DNA of 64,000 nucleotides from Diadema antillarum (taxonomy: Eukaryota): positions 1,674,001-1,738,000 of the forward strand of contig NW_027271426.1 of the NCBI RefSeq assembly GCF_040938485.1, in the 5' to 3' direction. Of the stretch, positions 53,175 to 63,888 are shown one piece after another (position 1 is the first letter of the stretch; every line of letters starts with the position of its first letter). The notes under the pieces were generated by a model. That model was not told the DNA's origin. It saw only the letters and a program-made list of their open reading frames with translations, and did not search any database. A program made the translations under genes and the position numbers.

Positions 53175-53412
53175 GTGTTTTATTAAGGACTCTTTTTTCA
53201 TACTGTGGTCAACGGCGACGTCATTTTTGAAAAGAGCCAAGATTGTGTACTTGGCGGCAGTGGAGGATAAAGGTGTAGCGTAAAGGTGGTTCTACTTAAG
53301 TTTATTCAAAATGATTATGGTGCCATAACACAGTTAAAATCAATGCAATGATTGACGCAGACAGTCTGAAAAAAAAAAATGGTTTATTCTTGCAAGTATG
53401 GATACTGGTAAC

Positions 53413-53622
53413 TACTGTAAAAGTGGATATTTTCGCGCGACTAATTTTTCGCGCTCGGCGGGGTAAGAAGAGTTTCGCGTGTTTTTAATTCCGCGGAATC
53501 AAGACATCGACTACTGGAACATATGGCAGCACAAATATTCGCATTCTTTAATTTTCGCGCTAGTTTAGGTTGTGTGAAATGCGCATAAGTTTCAACACCG
53601 CGAAATTTCCACTTTTACAGTA
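53413..53622. mobile_element. TA-ended MITE (Tc1/mariner/pogo-like ends)
   Basis: TACTGTAAAAGTGGATATTTTCGCG ... CGCGAAATTTCCACTTTTACAGTA. Confidence 0.85.
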
Positions 53623-53952
53623 TAGTAGAGAATACCTGCTTGCTTGCTATATGATGTGCAAAATGTCACATTTGGAAGATGACTTTGCTTGAACATACAT
53701 TTCTTGGAACAATAGATTGTTTTGCAGTGTAAAATGTAGCCTAATTCTTCAATTGTCGACTGAGATGAGATTAAAAGATTTTTACATGAAGGAAACTGCA
53801 TTACCGGAGTTCCGTGGGCACTATCCTTTGGTAGGCAGCAATTCCAAGTTGCACAAGTTTTTAGAAGGTGTTGGAGCCTTTTTTATATCAAGCTGGCTGG
53901 CAAGTAGTATCATCCTCTCATCTTTTGTTGTTTTCTGCACAGATTTGAAGTT

Positions 53953-54103
53953 ATGGCGTGTCCATCAAGAGTCACCCCCGATCTCTCCTCGGAGGCAAAA
54001 GATGGGGAGAAGGAATTCAAGGGAGACGAGAAGTTGGGCAAGAAGATGGCTTACCTCCTCAGATATGGAGCCATGAAGGAAGGGCTGTCGGTGAGAGAGG
54101 GAG
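53953..54103 (+). CDS. Tpt1-N/LRR fusion gene, coding exon 1 (MACPSR...DEKLGKKMAYLLRYGAMKEGLSVREG)
   Basis: Acceptor cacag ends at 53942, ATG at 53953, donor GAG|GTGAGT at 54104 (phase 1). The peptide resembles the Tpt1/KptA N-terminal 'LSKxxSxxLRHGAxxxGL' motif. Confidence 0.9.
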
Positions 54104-54988
54104 GTGAGTATTGCAAATATCTGTGGCAGGTACTGATTTAGTTGATCAAGAATTCTTCAAGAAGGCCATTTACCATTGAGATCGTGAAGCAGTTCAACAT
54201 GATTTAGTTTTCAAACAAGCCAACAAAATTTACTACAGTATCCTACAAATGATTTTCTTATCCAGATAAGTTGTTGACATTGAACTAAATTACTTTAACC
54301 AAGATGATAAATGTGTTGACATCAGTTCATAAAACTTTGTTTGCTTGTGTGTTTGTTTGTTTGTTTGTTTGTTTGTTTGTTTGTTTGTTGTAGTTTTTTT
54401 GCTGATATTACATCATAGTGAAATTATATTACACCAGATATAGGCCCATAGCATAAAATCCTTAGTGAAAGAAATCGTGTGTGTGGCTGTCTTCGGCACT
54501 GCTGCTTGACCAAAGTCAGGAAAGAAGGAAGTAGTGTTTTTTTCCTTTCTAATGTGATTATTTATGCGTGTACGAGGGTGAGAGTTCCTTTTGTATCCCC
54601 CCTGCCCAAATCTAAAAGAGAGAGAGAAAAAAAAACTACAACGTATCATACATGGCAGGAAATAATATTTCCAAGTGTGAAGAGTGAGAAAGTTGAAAAA
54701 ATTTGATTGGGTGTTGGATTCTTGGGTCCTAGAATTACAGTAAGGCTTTAAAGGGTCAGGGTCATTTATGGGGGGGGGGGGGGGGGGGAGGTGCTAAAGT
54801 AACTCTTTATATATATACAAGCATACATGCATGTACACATACAGACATATGTGTGTGCTCAGTATGTCTCAGATTACTTTATATACTGCACATTATCAGA
54901 GTGGACGCTAAGATACAACATTGCAATGTGCAGAAGTTGGTTAGACATTGATTACGACTAGCTATAACCATCATCTTCTTGTTCTCAG

Positions 54989-55164
54989 GTTTTGTCAAGC
55001 TGGCGGATTTGATGGAGGTTCCCATGCTGTCACGCTTCTCCGTGGAGGACGTGCTAAAGGAGGTCAAAGGGTCATTGTCCTACCAGGGCAAGAGGCGATT
55101 TGAGTACAAGAGGGAACACAACGAGGTCTTTGTCCGTGCCGCGTACTCCCGGAGACTTGAAAGG
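54989..55164 (+). CDS. Tpt1-N/LRR fusion gene, coding exon 2 (GFVKLADLMEVPML...QGKRRFEY...VFVRAAYSRRLER)
   Basis: Acceptor ttctcag ends at 54988 and the phase-1 join gives GGT (Gly). Donor AGG|GTAAGC at 55165 (phase 0). Matches the Tpt1 'GFV..L', 'KxRF' and 'IRA' motifs. Confidence 0.9.
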
Positions 55165-55193
55165 GTAAGCTTCCCTCACTCAGGGGGAGATGG

Positions 55194-55286
55194 TTAACCC
55201 GTTGAGGATGAGCTGATTTTGCTATAACCCAGGTTTCCCATAGACACCTGCCCGAGTACACTAAGGACTAGTCTTCAACGGGTTAA
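55194..55286. mobile_element. 93-bp piggyBac-like MITE, copy 1 (intron 2)
   Basis: TTAA-CCCGTTGAGGA ... TCTTCAACGGG-TTAA. Confidence 0.85.
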
Positions 55287-56365
55287 GAGATGTGGGATTA
55301 TAATATGCTTCTTTTTCTGTCTGTCTATCTGTCATGGCATACATTCACTTTAGTAGGGACAACCTTTGCCAGGCTTCACTTGGCAGTGCATTGTGGGAAG
55401 GTTCCTTTGTTTTAACATTGTATAAACATTGTCCTGTGACAAATTGTTTTGTGACCCTGTCTTTTGTATAGTGCTTGATCAGAAGGAATACAGTTGAAGT
55501 CTTTGTATTGATTGCTTCTACTTTGCAGAGTCACTCAACAATGCTTAGAATTTTACAAGGAAATTATTTCTCTGATGTAAAAAAAAATGATAATAAAAAT
55601 GATATGTTCACCTGATGAAAGGCAGAGGTGCATCTTCACATCTGTCTCAAAATAAATTTTTGGGACATTGCCTGCTGCAATCACACATTGCTTTGTTCAT
55701 TTTGCATGACAATACACTAACAGACCTTTTTGGGTCACTTAGGATACAATTCACAGATGTCATGTGATGGTAGATTCATTGCCTTCTTTCACCTTAGTGA
55801 TGAAACTAGTGGTGGCGTCTCAAATTTCAGCCAAACGGGATGTGTGATTTCATTGCTTGATTCTGCAATCAAATTTTAGATTCGACGTGGCAAAGATCAG
55901 GATGCAAATGTCACAAAATTTATTTTCTTTAAACATGCACACACACCCCCAACACACACAGAAAAGATATGAAAAGAATTTGTAGATTTCTTACATTCTG
56001 GATATGAGATGAATTTGAAAGTATAAGAGGGCAAGCAAATAAAGATGTAATACAGGTGACTCCCATAATAGCAAGGTCCTCGGGGCGGGATGGTTTATTT
56101 TGTTGTATCAAAACTTTGTTATAGCCAAACATTGAGCTATATAGTTTATAATCATGGTACAACTGTAGATAAATATGGTTGGACCTGAATTTTTGCTTTG
56201 TTGTATTTAAACGAAAGTTTCAGTGTAACTATGTGTTTGTTATAATGAGAGTGAATTGTATGTCGAGTGATTGTCAATTCTGTCCAGCCTGAATCTCTAT
56301 GTAGGAATCTTTCAAGCAGTCTTTAATATCAACCCCCATTTCTGCCCCTATTTATGGTCTTACAG

Positions 56366-56481
56366 AACCCTTACCATGAGGGCACCAGGGTGCCCCGTCT
56401 TCTGGAGCAGTGCCAGGACCAGATTTGCCTGAACATCAAGGACTACTGTCTGGAGGACTGTCCTGATGAATTTCTCATTGG
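56366..56481 (+). CDS. Tpt1-N/LRR fusion gene, coding exon 3 (NPYHEGTRVPRLLEQCQDQICLNIKDYCLEDCPDEFLI)
   Basis: Acceptor tcttacag ends at 56365 (phase 0), donor GG|GTAAAT at 56482 (phase 2). Too short to appear in the ORF track. Resembles the AMN1-like N-terminal 'LLxxC' segment. Confidence 0.85.
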
Positions 56482-56901
56482 GTAAATTTCATTTCATTTT
56501 ATTTTATTTCACATATTTATTTTCATTGTCAATGAAAAAAAATTACAAATCATATCATGCTTATAAAAAATAACAATCAATTTACATATTCTGCATACAT
56601 TTATGCCAAAATATATTACTGCATAATCACAACACAATACAAGTGTTTTGTCAATGATTTTCACTGACAAATGTGCTCGCAGCCAATCAGATGCAAGAAT
56701 TTTAGGAGCTTAAAACAGTTATCAATGACTGACAAGTTTCATGAAATGCTGCCCTTATGCGTACTTTACCATAATTATTGTTTTGGGAGGTTAAAATGGA
56801 GCTGTTTTCATATTCTTTATAACAAAAACCAACTTTGTATGGCAGTGATAATTGAGATGATGGAGTTAAGAGTGGGGTTTTTTTGTGCTTTATGTCCTCA
56901 G

Positions 56902-57118
56902 TGAGCTCCTCCACAGGCTGAAGCGGAAAGGAAAGCTGACGAACAGAGCGCTGGAAAATCTCCTGGGTCCCAACATCCAGACACTCAACCTAGGGGGCGC
57001 CCTTGTCACGCAGAGCGCACCCAAGATAATCGTCCGGCAGTGCCCCAACCTCATGCACCTCAGCCTGAAGGATTGTGGGTATCTTGTCACCGACCATGTC
57101 CTCATCTACCTCATGAAG
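56902..57118 (+). CDS. Tpt1-N/LRR fusion gene, coding exon 4 (ELLHRLKRKGKLTNRALENLLGPNIQTLNL...CPNLMHLSLKDCGYLVTDHVLIYLMK)
   Basis: Acceptor tcctcag ends at 56901 and the phase-2 join gives GGT. Donor AAG|GTTTGT at 57119 (phase 0). Contains two cysteine-containing-type LRRs. Confidence 0.88.
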
Positions 57119-57594
57119 GTTTGTGCCAAAATAGGTTTTTAAGTTTTGGTGGGGCTGGGGGAGGGAGCATTGACCTTTGACCCCACAAACCATGAGCCTC
57201 TTCCCCTGTCCTTGAAAATGACTGCTTTGTTCAGTGAGTAGAGGCTCAAGTGTTGAATATGGAGGACTGACAATATTAGTTACCCCTGCTTGTTCACTTA
57301 ACATGAGAAATATCTACAGTCTGATGCCATATTCTGGTCTGGTGCCAGAGGCCGAATGGAATATGGCACCAAACTGCAGATATGTCCCATATGACATGAG
57401 AACAAGCAGAGCACAATGATTTTATCTTTTATTATAATCTCATCGATAAATTTTTGATGAAAATATGTTAGACCCATAATTCATATTTCAGATATTTTTG
57501 TCTACCTACCACTTGTGCTTTCTTCTCTTTCTTTCCTATAATAAACTAACTACTGCATGCATGTACTGTTAGATAGTACATGTAGTACTAGATT

Positions 57595-57675
57595 TTAACC
57601 CGTTGAGGACAAGTCCCGATCGAGCGTACCCGGGCAAGTGTCTATGGGAAATGCGTGATGTAGCAAAAGCAGCAT
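57595..57675. mobile_element. piggyBac-like MITE, copy 2 (intron 4, truncated, opposite orientation)
   Basis: TTAA-CCCGTTGAGGACAAGTC...GGGCAAGTGTCTATGGGAAA; no right TIR. Confidence 0.7.
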
Positions 57676-58395
57676 GAACAATGCAAAAAATACAATGGGG
57701 ACAATCTGGCCCTCATTCACGTAATATGGGATATATTGCATGGTTGATTGACCACACAGATTACAGAATTCACCATCACTAAAAGATAAACTATCATGTC
57801 TTGGTACGGTTGAAGGCTTGGTGGAAGAACAGCTCAGCCTATTTATGTGTTGATGTTGTCATTGCAGGTGATACAAGTTACGGGGAATGAGAATGCCTCT
57901 ACTGTAGATTTAAACAAAAAAAGGGGGTTGAGATTAACTCATCAAATAACATAATTGCAAGCATATTGTAAACTATATTTTTTTACATCAATATTGATTC
58001 CACAGATATGATTCATTGCTCTTGAGGAAATTTTTTCAAAGATTTGCATGCAAATGAGAGACATGTAAGGCCACGACATCATCGTATCATCCGATTTGCG
58101 TGATTGATCTTGGCCATTTTTAACTAGTGTGGGAAAGCACTAGAACCTTTGTGATTTAAGAATGTTCTTTTTTGTCACTGATGTTTGAGTAACTTTTCCC
58201 ATTCTATTCATTACTTCAAATTCAATCATTAAAGCAATGGAAAATGTGAGTTGACTTTACCTCTTTCTATGCCAAGGATTTTGGACAGTGTGTACAATTC
58301 TGTGTGGGTTTTGTGCCAATTGGCACTGAAAGCTCACTAAGGGTTAATAAACCATCACCAAAACAAAGTTTCTGAAACTTTTATTATCGCCACAG

Positions 58396-58701
58396 AGACT
58401 GCCCCACCTGAAGAGCCTCAACCTGTGCAGCTGCAGCCACCTCACCACCACCTCCCTGCATGTCATTCCCAGGCACCTGCCACACCTGGAGGTCCTGGAC
58501 GTGTCGTGGGTGAGTGGCCTGACCGAGCGGGACATCCTGGCGGTCCTCGAGGGATGCCCCAGCCTCCGGAAGCTGCTCCTCCTGGCGGTCAAGCTCACCT
58601 TGTCCGAGGACACCTGCGTGAAGATGGCGACATTGTGCGCTGAGAGGGGGTTAAAGGTCACCTACTGCAAACAGGATGTGACGATGGTCAACGGCAGTTG
58701 A
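58396..58701 (+). CDS. Tpt1-N/LRR fusion gene, coding exon 5 (RLPHLKSLNLCSCSHLT...PHLEVLDVSW...PSLRKLLL...MVNGS*)
   Basis: Acceptor cacag ends at 58395 (phase 0). Three LRRs, then TGA at 58699-58701. Total CDS 151+176+116+217+306 = 966 nt, giving 321 aa. Confidence 0.9.
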   Translation, partial: RLPHLKSLNLCSCSHLTTTSLHVIPRHLPHLEVLDVSWVSGLTERDILAVLEGCPSLRKLLLLAVKLTLSEDTCVKMATLCAERGLKVTYCKQDVTMVNGS

Positions 58702-59117
58702 TGCGGGGTTGGATTTAAGGAGTGAGGGTAATCCACCCCCCCTCCCCCGCCCCCTCCTGCTTGCTCCTTCACCATAAAGAGGAGGAAGAATACTGCCAAA
58801 CATTGATGACCGTATATGTTGGATCATGATGAGGTGTGACAGTCTGCAATAGAAGTTGAAGCACCGGGTCAATGTGATGTGTTACAACAATATTTTGAAG
58901 CACCATCAGGATTGCCAAAAGGAGGATTTGGATAACTTTTCAAGTCTCTGTTTACCGTAGGTGCACTGTCACACATCCAGTACATGCAAGTCCTGTGGTC
59001 CCACATATTGCTTGGCACTGAAGGTTTTAAAGACATCTTAGACCACTCACAAACTCCTCAGGTAGTGCCCCGCACAGAACTCTGGATGAGTCTGAGATCA
59101 GTCTGGTGACCCAATGA

Positions 59118-59210
59118 TTAACCCATTGAAAACTAGTCTCAGGTATACTTGGGCAGGTGTCTATGGGAAACACATGTTATAGCAATATCAGCCTGTCCTC
59201 AATGGGTTAA
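59118..59210. mobile_element. 93-bp piggyBac-like MITE, copy 3 (downstream of the stop codon)
   Basis: TTAA-CCCATTGAAAACTAGTC ... GTCCTCAATGGG-TTAA. Confidence 0.85.
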
Positions 59211-60098
59211 TGGGGTTCACAGGAAAGGAGCCAATCTGCCACTCATACTCCTGTAGCCCCCCATATCATGGCCATACTAGCTGTCAGCTCACCTGCGGGT
59301 GCAGACTCCAGCGCTTCAATACACTGTACACTCAATTTTGAATAATGGTCTTCTGAGCTATACTTTGCAGTCATGGGCGTTGTCTTTCAATCTTTGTATT
59401 GTTTTATGTGCACACTGTTTTGTGTATGTTTGTGTTTGAAGCCATGTGTGTCATTGCTGAACACTGCTTACACAGCCAAATAAGAAAAAAAAGATAGGGA
59501 TCCTGTACATTTAATAATATGTCAGTTAAATAGAGATATACATAGATACAAGTGTATATTATTTTACCTGATATATTAATTTCAATTTTTTAAACAGTGC
59601 ATTATTATCTTTTAGAGGTATTGAAAGGCTGCTAATGTCTTGTATCAGCTATACCTTGTGACGTGCATAATACATTTATAACTGAAATTGTAAAGTAGAT
59701 GATTAGAGTATATTGTAGTAATTTGTTAGTGGGTGTCAGTGTTTACTGAAAATAGTGACGTTTAAATATGTCACCAAATTTTTGCATCTCCACAAAAAGA
59801 GGGAGGTAGGATTGTTTCTGTACTCTTTTTACAATTCACATTTTTCCTTTTTAATGCATAATGAATCATCAACAACAGTGCATGCAGTCATTATGATATG
59901 ATAAGTTCTCTGCATGAAATCTTGGTGCTGTTAGAGATTTTCTTCCCATTTATATTCTTATGATTCCTTTTAACTTCCACTTTCCTCTGTATGTTCCTGC
60001 TCTTCTCTTATTCTTAATCTATTTGTCTTTCCCTCTATCTCATGTACAAAGTGTCACTCTAATTATTCATCTACCTACTTATCTAGATCTGTCTTTTA

Positions 60099-60168
<70 letters not shown>
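60099..60168. repeat. (ATCT)n microsatellite
   Basis: Direct reading. Confidence 0.95.
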
Positions 60169-61339
60169 ACACATTATCTTTCAATCTATCTATCTGTCTG
60201 TCTGGCTATGTGTATCCCTATCTATCTTACTATCTGTCTATCTCTCTTTCTAATGTATCTAATTAACTATCTGTTTGTATCCAACTATCTCTCTATCTCT
60301 TTCAATCTGTCTGTCTGTCTTTGTATACTTCTATCTATCTATCCATCTATTTTCCTTCTGTCTATATAATTATAAAATTATGCTGTTTTGTTTCCCAGTG
60401 ACAAACCAATAACCGAACCTCTGTTGCAATTGTAGTAAAGACGAGACAGTGCAATATAACTTTGTTTTGCTATCCTGAATTGAAATTATTGTGAAATGTG
60501 TGACATCAGACCTTTGACCTCTTGGTCTTACATAAATGGATATTATTTGGCAGATGCAATGCACAGCTTGCAGCATTTGACTGACGAAAACTTGGTCCAA
60601 GATGAACGAATGTGGTTATAACAAAGTTTCATTACAATTATTTGTGTACTTTTATTTGTTTGGCTATAATGACATTTCGATATGACAAAAGAAAACTGTT
60701 GGTCTGGAGGATTTTGTCATACTGTAGTCGCCTATATGAATCTCTGCAGAAATGAGTGACATGTTACATTTTATATCTCCTACGAGATGAGTTCTAAAGA
60801 AAAGTATATGACATATTACACAGCTCAATTGATAAGATATTTTTGTATATCTTGAATGAAGTTTGGTATGCTTTGTCTGATTTGATCTGGTCACAGTAAT
60901 AAAAGACTGCTTTTGACTACTAATTACAAAAAGGACCAACTTGGATGCTAAAATGTGTGTGATACAATGTACAATGTACTTTACAAAACATGGAATAATC
61001 TCTCAGAACAGCAGTTGAAAAACTGAGCCAAGCAGAAAAGTGTTTGTTTTTTTAACTACTGTTCTGAAAGATTATTCCATGTAAGTGCTGCATGAATGTC
61101 TTTCGTTAATTTGGTTACACATTCACAAGTACATTCAGATAAGCACCTAGTCCATACGTAAATATTTATAACACAATTTTCATGAAGACCTATCCAGTTT
61201 TATACCTCTGTTACAAGTCAATTTCAAAAGAAGATCGGCATGAACAAGTGGCCTTTATCTGCACATGCTCAGATTGTGTAACTGTTCATCCATTCAAATG
61301 TATGGCACGATAGGCTTAGTTGATACCGTTTGCTGACTA

Positions 61340-61700
61340 TTGCTAGTCACCTGGGGCGAAAGACGAGGGGTCGGTATCATTCGCCCGTTTTCTTGTGTAG
61401 TTCGGGAGGGGGACCACGACTGTCCGGTGAACTGGCTTCTTCCTCAAAACCAATTTCAAGTGTTGCAGCGCACAGCCCCATTTAAACTGGAATAGCGCCA
61501 TCTATTGTTCTAAATTGGATCGTAACTTGGCTACCGAATTTTCACAATCAAAATTTCCACTTCCCTGAAAGGAAAAGGCGGCGGAAAAACAGGTGACTGA
61601 TTTCCAGAGACCAGTAAGCGAGGATACATTTTGAGAAGTGAAGCTGGGTGCGTGGCAATAGCAAAGTTTAGCTCTTAAGGCTGGGAGGCGTTTACAAATC
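61340..61700. promoter_or_regulatory. CpG-rich, possibly bidirectional promoter region
   Basis: Locally CpG-rich with GCGCCATCT near 61495. Plus-strand donors at 61593 (CAG|GTGACT) and 61614 (CCA|GTAAGC), and a minus-strand donor CAG|GTGACT near 61350. Confidence 0.4.
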
Positions 61701-63888
61701 ATCGGATACTTTCTGCCTTTATTATGTACAATCCATTGTGAATTTCAATTGGGGAGAGGGTTGATGATAGTTAATGGCGACCTTCATGTTTGTTTTGCTG
61801 TACAGTTTTTTAGATTATCTGCACATATACATGCACGCACGCGTGCGCGCACACACACACACACACAAACAAACACACGCACCCGCACACGAAATACAAA
61901 TACAGTCATAATATCTAGAGATAGATAAATATACAGATAAATAGATTATATAAAATGTGCCTTTCAAAAAAAAAATCAGAAACTACATGTATGCAGATAT
62001 GATTATTTTTAAGTTATTGCAAGAGCTTCTGATGAGCTTGGTTGCCATCACAATATATGTGCGTGTGCGCGTGTGTGTGTCATACCATGGAGCTGCAGTA
62101 GCCCCATGGTCGCACGTCGATAGACCATGTATAGATGAGTTTATCCAAAGCCTGAGTCTACCGCTCTCTGAAAACGAAGAGCTCCATGGTCGTATGTATA
62201 TACTAGTAGTCCCGTCCATGATCCGTGACTACCACTCTCCCAAAACGAAGAGCGCCATCTATAAACCACATTTCTCGGTCCATATGTGGCGTCACTGTAT
62301 TACTTATTTTATTATTGCTTGGCTTCATTGTACATTTACCATTCTCTTCCTTTCACCCTGCTCGCTCTACCCGTGATCACTCCAAACAACGAAAACATAA
62401 AGATAGACAAATGTAAAATATATACATAGAAACAACAACAGAAGGATCAGGTATCAAATGATTAATTGACGAATTGAAAATTTCAGCAAATCAAATGCTC
62501 CAAGACCAGAGTATAACGTACGTTTTAAAGAGGAGCAGGAATATTTTTGAAGGTTCATAAACACAAGTGTGTGTCTGTTTGTGTGTGTGTATGTTTGTGA
62601 ACGTGAATTAGATTTTGGTGACTATGACACGAGATAGAGATGTCTGTCCCAAAACAATCTGTCAAAGGAAGTTGACAGGTCATTGGATTATTGAACGAGT
62701 AATAACTTTGAGTAATTTCACTTAACCAATGGACAGCCATTGTAAGATATAATTATGATAAGGCGCTGGAACACACAAAAACAATTTTTTACGAGTCTTT
62801 GGAACGATGACTCGAATGTTCTTATAATGATCAAATGCATCGGGAATGTTGAGTTTGTGTTATTAATTAGGTTAACCTCNNNNNNNNNNNNNNNNNNNNN
62901 NNNNNNNNNNNNNNNNNNNNNNNNNNNNNNNNNNNNNNNNNNNNNNNNNNNNNNNNNNNNNNNNNNNNNNNNNNNNNNNNNNNNNNNNNNNNNNNNNNNN
63001 NNNNNNNNNGGGCAAGTTACTGCAATTGATAATGATTAATGATGACACCCTTTAAGAATAAAACACAAATCATATTGACGCAGCATTTAGGGAGCATTTA
63101 GAGAGCTTCCATGGTGATGGAACCTCTTTGTTGGTTGGAACGCTCTTTACCTATCACGTTCTAGTAACGCTTTGCGTTCTTGCGGTGTTGGGCTCCTGAT
63201 CGTGTCCCAAGTTGAAATGGAACTCTGTACCACCTTGAGACATGTCGATCACTTCCTCGTCGACCGATGGATTTCGACGAAAATGTGCTGGGTAGATTTT
63301 TCTTCCTCGGAATTGAAAATATATAATGCTATACCACTACTGGAAGAAATTTAGATGAAAAGAGAAGTACGTCCTAAAATAAAGCTAAAAGGCTGCAAAC
63401 TGACGCCTTTATTTGACATAAAACAACAACAAACAAACACACATACACGCACACACACATACGTACACAAACTCTCTCCACGTACACACATATCCGTGGA
63501 TTCACGATCACCCATTCATTATTCTGTTCGATTGCTGGTGTGTATGTATTTATGATGATCGCATATGATATCATAATACATTCTCATTTTATATGTCTAG
63601 GTATTCGCGTATGGTTATTTTATAGCTGTTTATCAAAACTGTCCTGTCTAGAAGTACCGTCATTATGATCGCTTAGTATGATTATCATGATTCGTCTTTC
63701 CATCTCTCCCCCTTTCTTCAAGAGAATCAGAGAGAAAAGCAACAACATACCTCTAGCTTTGCTCATTTGTTTCAAATCTCAGTAAAAGGCTGGACCCACG
63801 TCTACCGGGTCTACTCGTCGACTCGCTTGGGGTTGCCCACCACCGTTGACCGTCTCGTACGGGCACCGAAGACGGAGCGTTTTCGCTG

